Shown piece by piece: positions 45,270-55,617 of a stretch of DNA of 64,000 nt. The position numbers were made by a program, and so were the translations under genes. The notes below the pieces were generated by a model. It did no database searches, had not been told where the DNA came from, and was given only the letters and a program-made list of their open reading frames with translations. The DNA is from Chthoniobacteraceae bacterium (GTDB taxonomy: Bacteria; Verrucomicrobiota; Verrucomicrobiia; Chthoniobacterales; Chthoniobacteraceae): positions 1 to 64,000 of the forward strand of contig JANNXQ010000273.1 of NCBI GenBank assembly GCA_031409655.1, in the 5' to 3' direction. Within the stretch, counting starts at the first letter, position 1. Each line of letters opens with the position of its first letter.

Positions 45270-48200
45270 TCAGTTTTTCGAGACGACTTCATCCAGGTTT
45301 AGGATCAAATTCGCGACCATCGTCGTCGCGGCGAGTTCTTCGGGGTCGAGAGCTTCGTCGCGCTTTGATTCCCCGGCGGCGATGACCTTCAGCGCGGCGC
45401 TGGGGTTCGCTTCGTAGCGTTCGAGTTGCTCCGCGTAGGCAGCTTGCAGGATCTCCAGTTCATCCGCCGCCGGTGGACGGGCCGTGGCGGTCCGGAAGGC
45501 CCAGGCGATGCGCTCGGTGGTCTGCGCGCCGCCCTCTTTCATCATCCGCTCGGCAAAGGCGCGCGCCGCTTCAAAATGCTGCACGTCGTTCATCAGTTGC
45601 AGCGCTTGCAGCGGCGTGTTGCTGCGTTCGCGGCCAGTGCAGCTTTGCTCGCGCGACGGCGCGTCAAAGGTGGCCATGAATGGCGGCGGTGCGGTGCGCT
45701 TGAGGAAAGTGTAGAGACTGCGCCGGTAGAGGTCTTCGCCGTGATCCTGTTTGTACTCCCGCGTGTTACTCCCGCCGAAGCCCACGGGCTCCCAGATATT
45801 CTCCGGCTGATACGGCTTCACGCCTTTGCCGCCCAGCTTGCGGACGAGCAGTCCGCTCACCGCCAGCGCATTGTCCCGCAGGCACTCAGCGTCCAGGCGC
45901 AGCCGCGGGCCGCGCGCGAGGAAGCGGTTCTCGGGATCTTTCTCGAATCCCTTCTCTGTGGCCTTCGAGTCCTGCCGATACGCCGCCGAGGTTACGAGGC
46001 TGCGCACGAGTTGCCTGGTGTCCCAGCCGGACTCGCGGAAAGTCACCGCCAGCCAATCGAGTAACTCGGGATGCGTCGGCGGCTCCCCTTGCGAACCGAA
46101 ATCCGCGGCCGTCTTGACGAGACCGGTGCCGAAGAATTGCTGCCAGAAACGATTCACCGTCACCCGCGCCGTGAGCGGATGTTCGGCGGAGACCAGCCAC
46201 TGCACGAGATCGAGCCGGGTCGGGCGCTGCTCCGCCGGGATCGCCAGCGCGGGGAGAAATTTCGGCGTGGCCGGGGCCACCGCGTCCTTTGGTTGATCGT
46301 ATTGGCCGCGCGTCAGAATGTTCGCCGCTCGCGGCTTCGGGAGATCAGCCATGATGAGGGTGGCGGGGATCGTCTTGGAAAATGCCTCCCGCTTCGTCTT
46401 CAGCGCGGTCAGTTCCTTGGTCACTGGCTCGAGCACCTTCGAGATCTCCGTATTCACGCTCGTGAAGTAATACTCACGCAGTTGTTTCTTTTGTTCCGCG
46501 GTTCGGTCCCCGGGCTTCACGGAGCGGAGGATGTTCTGAATTTCTTTCGGATAACCCTTCGGCTGCTTACCCTGATTCTGTTTCTCCCACGTCAGTTGCG
46601 AGCGCGCGGGATCGTTCGCCGGATCATCCACAGAACTCGCCCCGAGCTTGTCCCAGTAAACGGTGCCGCCGAATTGCGTAAAGGCGAAGCCGCTGAACTT
46701 CGTGCCCGCCGCCAGTTTGAAGTCGCGCAGATCCACCTCCAGCCGCACCCACTCGCCGAGCTTTGGCAGCGGCCCTTTGTGCAGCCGCTCCAGCGAGCCC
46801 TTCTTCCCCAAGCCGATCTTGTCGATATCCCCCCAGGCCACGCGGTGCGACCACTTATCGGTGTGAAACTGCAGCATCACGGTCTGCGGCGGATCCTCGG
46901 GATCGAGCCAGACATGGGCGAAGACCTTGCCCGTCGCTGGCGGAATGATCGGCGGCGTGATGCTCATGAAGTAATCCTGCGCCAGGCCAGCATCCATGCG
47001 CTTCAGCGCGCGCGTGCCGCTCGCGACCCGTCCCTCCTCCTCCGTCACCCACCACAGCGGATGATTGCCCGTGTTCACCTTCGACTTCGCTTTCGACGGC
47101 AGTTCGTCGTCAAACCAGATCGTCTCCTTCGTCGATTTTTCCACCGGCGGCGTCTGGGCCGCAGGGTCGGTGTATTCGATCTTCGCCAGCAGCTCTTTCG
47201 TGCGCTGATCCGCGGCGGCGATCTTACCATCGAAATCGTCGAGCGTCTGCTGCTGCTCCGGCGTAGTCAGGGTGTAGATCGGCGGCGTGAGGAGAATGTT
47301 CCCATCCATGGCCGGATCGGCGGCGGAATTGAAGAAGGCGTAGAGCTGGTAAAACTCCTTCTGCGCGAGCGGGTCGAACTTGTGATCGTGGCAGACCGCG
47401 CAGCCTGCCGTGAGGCCGAGGAAAGTCTCGGCCATCACGGTCGTGCGATCGATCGCGTAACGCACGAGCAGCTCATCATTGATCGAGCCGCCTTCGCTGG
47501 TCGTCACGTTGCAGCGATTGAAGCCGGACGCGACGAGCTGCTCCGGCGTGGCCTGCGGCAAAAGATCGCCCGCGAGCTGCCACTCCGTGAATTTGTCGAA
47601 CGGCAGGTTTTCGTTGAACGCCTTCACCACCCAATCGCGGTAAGGCCACATCGAGCGTTCGTTATCCAGATGCAGCCCGTGGGTGTCACCGTAGCGTGCG
47701 ACATCGAGCCAGTACCTCGCCATGTGCTCGCCGTAGTGCGGCGAAGCCAGCAGCCGCGTGACCACTTTGTCATAAGCATCCGGCGCCGGGTCGGCGAGGA
47801 AGGCATCCACTTCATCCATCGTCGGCGGCAATCCGATAAGGTCAAAAGTCACCCGCCGGATCAGCACTTCCTTCGACGCCTCGCCCGCTGGCTCCAGCCC
47901 CTTCTCCATGAGCTTGGCGCGCAGAAATGCGTCGATCGGCGCTCCGCCTGGACTACTCGCCACCGCCGCCTTCACTGGCGCGACAAAGGACCAGTGCCCC
48001 TGAAACTCTGCGCCCTGCTTGATCCACTCGCGCAGCAGCTCCACCTCGGCGGGCTTGAGCGTCTTGTTCGTCTTCGGCGGTGGCATCTGCTCGTCCTTGT
48101 CATGCGAGAGCACGCGCACCAGCACCTCGCTCTTCTCCGGATGCCCCGGCACCACTGGAAAGATGTCGTCGATCTCGCTGAAAAGTCCTTCCCGCGTGTC

Positions 48201-48398
48201 GAGCCGCAGATCCGCTTCGCGCGTCCCCGCGTCCGGTCCGTGACAGTGAAAACATTTGTCCGAAAGGATCGGGCGGATATCGCGATTGAAGCTGACCTTC
48301 TCCGCCGCGCTGGCCAAGGTCACGCCCGCGAGGAGGGCGAGGGCGCAGCAGACATCGAAGCGAAAACGCGGCATGGGGAGAAGAAACAGTCGGCTCAT
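45270..48398 (-). CDS. PSD1 / planctomycete cytochrome c (DUF1549 + DUF1553) protein
   Basis: FNRDIRPILSDKCFHCHGPD, HWSF, WLDVARYGDT, CAVCHDHKFDP, PTHPELLDWLA, SNTPLQAL. Start is 48398 or 48374; the ORF-track extension to 49667 is antisense to rapA. Confidence 0.92.
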   Translation of the reverse strand: MSRLFLLPMPRFRFDVCCALALLAGVTLASAAEKVSFNRDIRPILSDKCFHCHGPDAGTREADLRLDTREGLFSEIDDIFPVVPGHPEKSEVLVRVLSHDKDEQMPPPKTNKTLKPAEVELLREWIKQGAEFQGHWSFVAPVKAAVASSPGGAPIDAFLRAKLMEKGLEPAGEASKEVLIRRVTFDLIGLPPTMDEVDAFLADPAPDAYDKVVTRLLASPHYGEHMARYWLDVARYGDTHGLHLDNERSMWPYRDWVVKAFNENLPFDKFTEWQLAGDLLPQATPEQLVASGFNRCNVTTSEGGSINDELLVRYAIDRTTVMAETFLGLTAGCAVCHDHKFDPLAQKEFYQLYAFFNSAADPAMDGNILLTPPIYTLTTPEQQQTLDDFDGKIAAADQRTKELLAKIEYTDPAAQTPPVEKSTKETIWFDDELPSKAKSKVNTGNHPLWWVTEEEGRVASGTRALKRMDAGLAQDYFMSITPPIIPPATGKVFAHVWLDPEDPPQTVMLQFHTDKWSHRVAWGDIDKIGLGKKGSLERLHKGPLPKLGEWVRLEVDLRDFKLAAGTKFSGFAFTQFGGTVYWDKLGASSVDDPANDPARSQLTWEKQNQGKQPKGYPKEIQNILRSVKPGDRTAEQKKQLREYYFTSVNTEISKVLEPVTKELTALKTKREAFSKTIPATLIMADLPKPRAANILTRGQYDQPKDAVAPATPKFLPALAIPAEQRPTRLDLVQWLVSAEHPLTARVTVNRFWQQFFGTGLVKTAADFGSQGEPPTHPELLDWLAVTFRESGWDTRQLVRSLVTSAAYRQDSKATEKGFEKDPENRFLARGPRLRLDAECLRDNALAVSGLLVRKLGGKGVKPYQPENIWEPVGFGGSNTREYKQDHGEDLYRRSLYTFLKRTAPPPFMATFDAPSREQSCTGRERSNTPLQALQLMNDVQHFEAARAFAERMMKEGGAQTTERIAWAFRTATARPPAADELEILQAAYAEQLERYEANPSAALKVIAAGESKRDEALDPEELAATTMVANLILNLDEVVSKN

Positions 48399-48518
48399 GG
48401 GTTCCCTCCCATAACCCAGCGGAGGCCGTAATCCCATCGCATAATGATGTGACCCTCTCTGCCGCCGCGCGTGGAAATCCGTTGTTGCCGCGGAGGCGTT
48501 CAGCAAGGCTGTCGGCCC

Positions 48519-51266
48519 ATGTCCACCAGTCTCATTCCGCCCGTTCCAGGTCAGCGTTGGGTCAGCGATAGCGAGCCGGAGCTCGGGCTCGGGATGATCC
48601 TGCGCGTGGAGAGCGGGCGCGTGGAGATCCATTTCCCCGCGGCCAACGAGCAGCGCCACTACGCCATGAAGACCGCGCCCCTGCGTCGCGTGCTCTTCCA
48701 GGAAGGCGAACGCATCAAGCTGCACGATGGCGCCGAGTTGCTCGTCGATCGCGTGGAAGATCGCGCCGGCGTGCTTTTCTACCACACCGCCGGACGCGAG
48801 GTGCCGGAGGCGGAACTCTCGGACAAGATCAGCTTCAGCAAACCCGAGGAGCGCCTGCTCGCGGGTCAGGTGGATGAATTGCCGACCTTCGAGCTGCGCG
48901 CCGAGGCCCTGCGCTGGCGCAGCCGGATGCAGCAGTCGCCCGTGCGCGGCTTCGTCGGCGGACGCGTGGATCTCATCCCACATCAGCTTTCCATCGCTGG
49001 CGAAGTGGCTGCGCGCCTCATCCCGCGCGTCCTCCTCGCGGATGAAGTGGGCCTCGGGAAGACCATCGAAGCCGGCCTCATCCTGCACCGGCTGCACCTC
49101 ACCGGGCGCGCGAGCCGCGTGCTCATCCTCGTCCCCGAGCCGCTCATCCATCAGTGGTTCGTCGAGCTGCTCCGTCGTTTTAATATGCTCTTCAGCCTCT
49201 TCGACGAAGAGCGCTGCGCCTCCATCGCGCGGCTCGACGCGGAGGCCAATCCCTTCCTCGATAGCCAGCTCGTGATCTGCAGCGTGGACTTCCTCGCGGG
49301 AAATGCGGAGCGCTCGCGGCAGGCGCTGGAGGCGGGCTGGGAGCTGCTCGTCGTCGATGAAGCGCATCATCTCGAATGGAAACCGGAAGCTGCTAGTCCG
49401 GCCTACACTCTCGTGGAATCCTTTGCCACCCGGACTCCCGGCCTGCTCCTGCTCACCGCCACGCCGCAGCAGCTCGGGCCCGAGGGCCACTTCGCGCGGC
49501 TGCGCCTGCTCGATCCCGAGCGTTACGCGAGCCTCGAGACTTTCCTCGGCGAAGCCGAACACTACGAGGAAGTGGCGAAAGCCGTGGATCGCCTCATCGC
49601 CGGCAAGCCGCTGACCAAGGCCGATCAAAAGCTCTTCGGCGGACACTCCGCGCGCATCCGGAAACACTCCGAAGAACTCGCCTCCGGCTCGGAAGACGCC
49701 CGGCAGCGACTGATCTCCGACTTACTCGATGGCTTCGGTCCCGGCCGCGTGATGTTTCGGAATACCCGCGCCGCGCTCCGCGGTTTCCCCGAGCGCAAGC
49801 CGCGGCTCGTGCGCGTGGAAGCAAAAGCGGGCCTCGACGAGACGGCCGCGAAAGTGAAGTGGCTCGTCACGCTTTTGAAAAAGCTCGGCGAGGCCAAGCT
49901 GCTCCTCATCTGCCGCACCCGCGCGCTCGTGGAGAAAATCCACGACCGCCTGCAGCAGGAGTTGAGCGTGAAGTGCGCGCTCTTTCACGAAGGGCTCACC
50001 CTCCTCCAGCGCGATCGCAATGCCGCTTACTTCGCCGAGGCCGAGGGCGCGCGGCTGCTCCTCTGCTCCGAGATCGGCAGCGAGGGCCGCAACTTCCAAT
50101 TCGCGCATCATCTCGTCCTTTTCGATCTGCCCACCAATCCCGAACTGCTCGAACAGCGCATCGGCCGCCTCGACCGCATCGGCCAGAGCGACACCATCCA
50201 GATCCACGTGCCCTGGCTCCCGCGCACCGCCTCCGAGGTGCTCGCACACTGGTATGCCGATGGTCTGAACGCCTTCGCGGAAAACCTCCACGGCGCCTCC
50301 GAGATCGCCCGCGCCGTCGCGCCCGAACTCGAAGCCTTGCTCGCCGAATACGACGCCGATGGCCTCAAGGCACTCATCGAGCACTCCCGCGAGGAGCGTC
50401 GCCGCGTCGTCCGCAAACTGGAGCGCGGCTACGATCGCCTGCTGGAACTCAACTCCTGCCAGACCGAACGCGCCGCCGCCCTCGCCGCGCAGATCCGTGC
50501 CGCCGATCTCGACGCGACCTTCGAAGACTTCATGGTCCGCCTGCTCGATCATTTCGGCGTGCAGGTCGAAGACTTGAGCAGTCGCAGTTACATCTTCCGT
50601 CCCGGTGCGCTCATCACCGATGCCTTCCCTGCCCTGCCCGAGGAAGGCCTCTCCGTGACCTTCGACCGCGCCAAGGCCCTGAGCCGCGACGACCTCGGAT
50701 TCATGACCTGGGATCACCCGCTGGTCCGCGGCGCGCTCGATCTCCTGCTCAGCGGCGAAGCGGGCAACGCTGGCTTTGGCCAGTGGAAGTTACCCGGCAG
50801 CGAAGCCATCCTGCTGGAGATCTGGGCCATCGTGGAATGCGTCGCGCCTGCCGCGCTGCACGTCGAACGTTTCCTCCCCGCGAAGCCCCTCCGCATCGTC
50901 GTCGATCACAGCCTGAAAGACCTGAGCGAAGATCCCGCCGTCGCCGCACCGAAGCTCGAAAAGGGCGACGTCTTCCGCCTGCTCGACCGCGGCGCGATCA
51001 AAAAGAAGCTCCTCCCGCAGATGCTGGAAAAAGCCCTGCGCCTCGCCACGGAGAAGATGACCGCCACCGTCACCAAGGCCAGCGAGACCGCTTCGTTACA
51101 GCTCCAGGGCGAGATCGAGCGCCTCGAAGACCTCCGCGAAATCAACACCCACGTCACCCCGGAAGAGATCAGCGCGATCAAGGAACAAAGCACCGCCCTG
51201 CAAGCCGCCATCACCACCGCCCGCCTGCGCCTCGGCGCCCTGCGCTTGATCCTGCGGATGCCATGA
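48519..51266 (+). CDS. rapA: RNA polymerase-associated SWI2/SNF2 ATPase RapA (HepA)
   Basis: [60 protein letters not shown]. Confidence 0.95.
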   Translation: MSTSLIPPVPGQRWVSDSEPELGLGMILRVESGRVEIHFPAANEQRHYAMKTAPLRRVLFQEGERIKLHDGAELLVDRVEDRAGVLFYHTAGREVPEAELSDKISFSKPEERLLAGQVDELPTFELRAEALRWRSRMQQSPVRGFVGGRVDLIPHQLSIAGEVAARLIPRVLLADEVGLGKTIEAGLILHRLHLTGRASRVLILVPEPLIHQWFVELLRRFNMLFSLFDEERCASIARLDAEANPFLDSQLVICSVDFLAGNAERSRQALEAGWELLVVDEAHHLEWKPEAASPAYTLVESFATRTPGLLLLTATPQQLGPEGHFARLRLLDPERYASLETFLGEAEHYEEVAKAVDRLIAGKPLTKADQKLFGGHSARIRKHSEELASGSEDARQRLISDLLDGFGPGRVMFRNTRAALRGFPERKPRLVRVEAKAGLDETAAKVKWLVTLLKKLGEAKLLLICRTRALVEKIHDRLQQELSVKCALFHEGLTLLQRDRNAAYFAEAEGARLLLCSEIGSEGRNFQFAHHLVLFDLPTNPELLEQRIGRLDRIGQSDTIQIHVPWLPRTASEVLAHWYADGLNAFAENLHGASEIARAVAPELEALLAEYDADGLKALIEHSREERRRVVRKLERGYDRLLELNSCQTERAAALAAQIRAADLDATFEDFMVRLLDHFGVQVEDLSSRSYIFRPGALITDAFPALPEEGLSVTFDRAKALSRDDLGFMTWDHPLVRGALDLLLSGEAGNAGFGQWKLPGSEAILLEIWAIVECVAPAALHVERFLPAKPLRIVVDHSLKDLSEDPAVAAPKLEKGDVFRLLDRGAIKKKLLPQMLEKALRLATEKMTATVTKASETASLQLQGEIERLEDLREINTHVTPEEISAIKEQSTALQAAITTARLRLGALRLILRMP

Positions 51267-51493
51267 AGCAACCCGCGAACAAAGACCCCCTCCACGGCAT
51301 CACCCTGGAAAAAATCATCGTCGCGTTAGTCGAACACTTCGGCTGGGACGAACTCGGCCGCTGCGTGGACATCCGCTGCTTCCAACTCAACCCCAGCGTG
51401 CAAAGCAGCCTGAAATTCCTCCGCAAAACCCCCTGGGCGCGGAAGAAGGTGGAAGACCTCTACGTCGGGATGGTCACGCTGCGCGAAGGTTGA
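51263..51493 (+). CDS. VF530 / DUF2132 small DNA-binding protein
   Basis: [17 protein letters not shown]...[29 protein letters not shown] overlap with rapA. Confidence 0.9.
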   Translation: MKQPANKDPLHGITLEKIIVALVEHFGWDELGRCVDIRCFQLNPSVQSSLKFLRKTPWARKKVEDLYVGMVTLREG

Positions 51494-51519
51494 AGGATAG
51501 TTCCCGCAGGCGCTGAATT

Positions 51520-52038
51520 TTGCCGCCAGACTGGCTCGCGAGCGGCTATTTTTCCCGGTCTGTGCCGGCTTCCCATTCTCGTCTCTCTGCCAAAATCTGG
51601 CTGTGCGCCCTGTTGGCGATGGCGGCGATTGGCGTTGCAAATTGGAACCGGGGCTTCGCGGGACTCGCGCCAAACGGGCGCTCACCCGACGCTTCTTCCG
51701 AGGCGATCTTTGCCCTGCTGACCAACGAACGCGAGGTGCCGCGCCGTTTGCTGGAGGTCGTGGCGAAGCTCCCTTCCGACCGCGGGCTGCTGGTCCTGCA
51801 GCCACGCGAGAATCTTACCACTTCCCTGCCGTCGATGATGCTCGCTTATGCGCTCTGCCATCGGCCAGTAGTCATCCGGGAGGCGGCACTGACGGACACG
51901 CCCGCAGCCGTGGAGGAGCTGCGCAAAATTTTCGCCGCGGTGATTTTCGTCGGGCAAAATCCACCGTCGTCTTTTCCTCCGGCGCAGCACTTCGGACTGG
52001 CCATCGCCCTCGTGCCGCTGACGACGATCGAACCATGA
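51520..52038 (+). CDS. Hypothetical membrane-anchored protein
   Basis: N-terminal TM segment; overlaps the next gene by ATGA; start uncertain (TTG 51520 or GTG 51562). Confidence 0.55.
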   Translation: MPPDWLASGYFSRSVPASHSRLSAKIWLCALLAMAAIGVANWNRGFAGLAPNGRSPDASSEAIFALLTNEREVPRRLLEVVAKLPSDRGLLVLQPRENLTTSLPSMMLAYALCHRPVVIREAALTDTPAAVEELRKIFAAVIFVGQNPPSSFPPAQHFGLAIALVPLTTIEP

Positions 52039-53378
52039 ACGGCCTCGCGCTGCTGGCCGCATTCGCCGTGATTTTCTGCGCGGGCTATGGCCTGGCGCGC
52101 TGGCTCTTGAGAGGCGCGGTGCGCGTGTGGTCCTTCGAGCTGCTCGGCTACTCATGGCTCTTCGGGACGGGTCTCGTCTCGGTCCTGCTCGCGGTGGGCG
52201 GGATGGGCTTGCGCGGGCCGATGCTCGTCACGGTCGTCTCCCTGGCGAGTGCCTCCCTCGGACTCGCCGGGATGCGGAAATCTCGCGCCGAACGCCGGCC
52301 CCGCTTTTTCCCCGAGGGCACGAAGCCCTGGGAGATCGCCCTCACGTTTCTCGCACTCGTGCCGATCGCCTTTCTCAGTGGGCAGACTTTCCGCGAGACC
52401 CTGCACTGGGACGGCTTGCTGATCTGGGAGATCAAGGCGCGGATTGCCTTCCAAAACGGAGGCGCCATTCCGCTAACTTACTTCCCCGATGTGCGGCTGC
52501 TCTGGTCGCATCCCGCCTATCCCTTGTATCTGCCGATGCTCGAGTTGTGGGTCTATCTCTGGCTCGGCGAGATGGACCAGTTTTTGGTGAAGGCACTTTC
52601 CCCGATCTTCTACCTCGCGACAGCCTGCGTGCTCTGGTCCGCGGGCTTGCGGCTGACCGGGCGGGTCTGGCTGGGGTCCGTGGCCGCGCTGCTGCTCTTT
52701 GCGATTCCGCGAGTCGTCGGCGCCCAAGGTGGCGTGCTGCAGGGCTACGCGGATTTCCCACTGGCGGGCATCTATCTCGCGGCCTTTGCCGCGCTCCTGC
52801 TCAGTGTCGATGGCGAGCGCTGCTGGGTGCAGGTCGCGGCGCTTGTCTCCGGGCTGCTTCCATGGGTGAAGGTGGAGGGTCTGGTGCTCTGGGGATGTTT
52901 TGCAATCACCGCTGCCTGGCTCTGGCGCCGCGACTGGCGGGCCGCGCTGGTGCTGATCGCGCCGGGACTCGTGACCCTCCTCGCGTGGCGCGCATTCCTC
53001 AGCTTCGCCGAAGTCGCGCCCGAGACGACCTTCCAGCCGCTCGCCATCGAGACGCTCGGGAGAAACCTGACGCGCCTCCCTCCCTTGCTCCATCGGTTCG
53101 GCGAGGAACTCCTCCGTCTCTCCGCCTGGAACCTTTTGTGGCCCCTCGTCGCCGCGGCCCTCGGGGTCTTGCTTTGGCAGCGTCAGCGCGCCGCCATCCC
53201 GCTCACCATAGGCATCATCGCTCCACTGACGCTCTATCTCGTCCCGTATCTTTTCACGACGTTCCAGCCGTGGGAAATGCACGTCGAGACATCACTCGAC
53301 CGCCTCATCCTGCAAGTCGCACCACTCGCTCTCCTCCCGCTCGTGCTCGTGCTCGGTGAGAAAAAGGGGGCACCGTGA
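52035..53378 (+). CDS. Polytopic membrane protein, GT-C (ArnT/PMT-like) glycosyltransferase
   Basis: Many TM helices; WDGLLIWEIKAR, HPAYPLYLP, GYADFPLA, WVKVEG motifs. Confidence 0.7.
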   Translation: MNGLALLAAFAVIFCAGYGLARWLLRGAVRVWSFELLGYSWLFGTGLVSVLLAVGGMGLRGPMLVTVVSLASASLGLAGMRKSRAERRPRFFPEGTKPWEIALTFLALVPIAFLSGQTFRETLHWDGLLIWEIKARIAFQNGGAIPLTYFPDVRLLWSHPAYPLYLPMLELWVYLWLGEMDQFLVKALSPIFYLATACVLWSAGLRLTGRVWLGSVAALLLFAIPRVVGAQGGVLQGYADFPLAGIYLAAFAALLLSVDGERCWVQVAALVSGLLPWVKVEGLVLWGCFAITAAWLWRRDWRAALVLIAPGLVTLLAWRAFLSFAEVAPETTFQPLAIETLGRNLTRLPPLLHRFGEELLRLSAWNLLWPLVAAALGVLLWQRQRAAIPLTIGIIAPLTLYLVPYLFTTFQPWEMHVETSLDRLILQVAPLALLPLVLVLGEKKGAP

Positions 53379-53387
53379 TGGCTCCCG

Positions 53388-54275
53388 TCAGTCCGTATGC
53401 TTCGGCGCGCGCACCGTGCCTTCCGCCAAGGCGCGAGCGCGCCGATCCACGATGCGCGCCGCCACTTCAGCGACCATCTGCTCGAGCAGGCAGCGCAAGT
53501 GCGAACCCTTCCGATAATCCGCCGGCGCGATGTGCCGCACCCGGTCGGCATGGGTGGAAAGTTGGTAGCACTTTTTAAAAGAGGACCGCGACGGATCCTC
53601 CGGATTGTACACCGCGATGGCGTGCCCACCGTGCTGCCGCACCACGGTGAAACACGGGACATCCGTAGGCCCGTCGCCGATGTAGATCATGTGCTCAAAT
53701 GGCACCGGCCGCAGCTCCGCAGGCATGTGGTCATTCACATCCTCCGAGTATTCGAGCATCCCCTTATTGATGCGGAAGAGGAATTGCGTTTTCTGCGTAT
53801 GGGAGATCACCCGGCGCGGAAAAGTGATCCGGCCTTCGCGATCTTCGGCAAATTCACAACCGAAGATCGCGCGCACATACGGCGCGAGTCGCGAGCCTTC
53901 GATCAGCGCCTTCAGGCCGCTGGAGATGATGTAGTGCTCCACGTGAATGCCGTGCGCCTCATGCTGCGCATCGAGCAGGGTCGTCTTGAATTCATCGAAC
54001 ATCTCCGGCAGGCCGGGGAAAAAATTGAGCCGCCCACCCAGCGCGCGCAGTTCGGCATTGGTCGGCCGATCCATGTCGAGGTAGTCGAGCAGCGCCTTCA
54101 TGTAAGCCAGCTCATTGTCGTAACCGTCGTCCTTGACCAGCGCATGGCACCGCGCCCAAAACTTCTTCGCGTCGATGCCGAACTTCGGAAAGAGCACCTC
54201 GTCCTGCATGTAGTTCGGCGAAAGTGTCTGATCGTAGTCATAGACGATCGCGATGGTGTTTTGGGGAGCGGGCAT
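53388..54275 (-). CDS. HAD-superfamily hydrolase
   Basis: Motif I YDYDQTLSP; IISSG; KTQFLFRINKG; YIGDGPTDVPCF; ATG 54275. Confidence 0.9.
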   Translation of the reverse strand: MPAPQNTIAIVYDYDQTLSPNYMQDEVLFPKFGIDAKKFWARCHALVKDDGYDNELAYMKALLDYLDMDRPTNAELRALGGRLNFFPGLPEMFDEFKTTLLDAQHEAHGIHVEHYIISSGLKALIEGSRLAPYVRAIFGCEFAEDREGRITFPRRVISHTQKTQFLFRINKGMLEYSEDVNDHMPAELRPVPFEHMIYIGDGPTDVPCFTVVRQHGGHAIAVYNPEDPSRSSFKKCYQLSTHADRVRHIAPADYRKGSHLRCLLEQMVAEVAARIVDRRARALAEGTVRAPKHTD

Positions 54276-54370
54276 GGGTCGAGCGGTGGAGTGACCTCCA
54301 ACCAAATCCCAAATGTTTGAAATCCTAAAGTCTGGAATGAGATCCTTCACTGGTCTCTACTCCGTGCTCT

Positions 54371-54733
54371 ATGCCCACACCTTCTCAGAAATCGAATCCA
54401 ACCAAAATGTTGGTGGTCTCCATCCCTCACGTTCCTGGCTGGAGGGTCGTCAAAACATTGGGACTCGTCTCCGGTGAAGCGATTCTCGGCGCGAATGTCT
54501 TTCGTGATTTCTTCGCGAGCGTTCGCGATGTCGTTGGCGGGCGCTCGGGCGGTTATGAGACGTGCCTGCGTGACGCAAAGTCCATCGCGATGGACGAAAT
54601 GCGCGCTCATGCCGCGAAGCGCGGCGGAAATGCGGTGCTCGGCGCGGACCTCGATTACGAAAACATCGGCGGAATGCTGATGGTGTGTGCGAGCGGAACT
54701 GCTGTGGAGATCGAACCCGAGGCGAATCCGTAA
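54371..54733 (+). CDS. YbjQ / UPF0145 family protein
   Basis: LGLVSGEAILGANVFRDFFASVRDVVGGRSG.YE, DLDYE, ASGTAV. Start is 54371 or 54407. Confidence 0.92.
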   Translation: MPTPSQKSNPTKMLVVSIPHVPGWRVVKTLGLVSGEAILGANVFRDFFASVRDVVGGRSGGYETCLRDAKSIAMDEMRAHAAKRGGNAVLGADLDYENIGGMLMVCASGTAVEIEPEANP

Positions 54734-55609
54734 CTACGCGAGAATTCCGCGCGCCGCCCCGCCCAACTCGGGGAAGCGGAAGCCAAAGCCGTGGGCTGTC
54801 GCTGCGGCGGGGAGCACGCGTTTGCTGTCGAGCAACTCCGCGGAAAAGCCGCCAAGCGCGGCTTTCAAGACAAACGCCGGGACGGACAGGAATGCCGGAC
54901 GATGCAACGTGGACGCCAGGATTTTGGTGAAGTCGGCGTTGCGCACTGGCCACGGCGCGGAGGCGTTGAGCGGACCGGAGACGTCGAGATTCTCGATGGC
55001 GAAGAGCGCGAGCGTGACCCAGTCGTCGAGATGGATCCACGACATCCATTGCTGGCCGCCGCCGAGGCGCCCGCCGAGGCCGAGGCGGAAGGCGGGCGTC
55101 ATCGCGCGCAAAGCTCCGCCGTCGCCGAGGACGATGGAAGTGCGCATGAGGACGGTGCGCACGCCCTGGGCCTTGGTGGCCTCGGCTTCCCAAGCCTGGG
55201 TCGTCTCGGCGAGGAAACCCCGACCGACCGGCGAACTCTCGGTGAGTTCCTCCTCGCCGCGATCTCCGTAGAAGCCAATCGCGGATCCGCTCAGAAAGAC
55301 TTCCGGCTTCGCTGCCAAGGCCCCGATGGCCTCCACGATCCGCCGCGTCCCGAGCACCCGACTCGCGATGATGCGCTGCTTTTTCCCCGCAGTCCAAAGC
55401 CCCACCACCGACTCGCCAGCGAGATGCACGATGGCCTCGCAACCGTGCAGATCGGGCGGCTTCTCGAGCGTGAAACGCCGCATCTCGCAGCCCGGGAGGG
55501 CGCGCTCGGGGCTCCGGGAAAAGGCGACGATTTCATGCCCGCGCCGCAAGGCGACATCAAGGAAGCGGCGGCCCAGAAAGCCAGTGGCGCCGGTGAGGCC
55601 GATGATCAT
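54734..55609 (-). CDS. TIGR01777 / YfcH-like NAD-dependent epimerase family protein
   Basis: TGATGFLG, HLAGE, SAIGFYG, GGRLGGGQQWMSWIHLDD. Confidence 0.92.
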   Translation of the reverse strand: MIIGLTGATGFLGRRFLDVALRRGHEIVAFSRSPERALPGCEMRRFTLEKPPDLHGCEAIVHLAGESVVGLWTAGKKQRIIASRVLGTRRIVEAIGALAAKPEVFLSGSAIGFYGDRGEEELTESSPVGRGFLAETTQAWEAEATKAQGVRTVLMRTSIVLGDGGALRAMTPAFRLGLGGRLGGGQQWMSWIHLDDWVTLALFAIENLDVSGPLNASAPWPVRNADFTKILASTLHRPAFLSVPAFVLKAALGGFSAELLDSKRVLPAAATAHGFGFRFPELGGAARGILA

Positions 55610-55617
55610 TCGCGGCT

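Noticed and set aside
48399..49667. Apparent 1465-aa PSD1 protein overlapping rapA
   Set aside because: The extension is the antisense frame of rapA; the signal peptide and domain begin at about 48398.
49859..51262. 544-aa ORF ending in DUF2132, suggesting a frameshift fusion with rapA
   Set aside because: The upstream part is Arg/Pro-rich off-frame sequence; DUF2132 has its own ATG at 51263 overlapping the rapA stop.
54731..54736. Abutting convergent stop codons (ybjQ-like / TIGR01777)
   Set aside because: Common compact tail-to-tail arrangement with no further signal.
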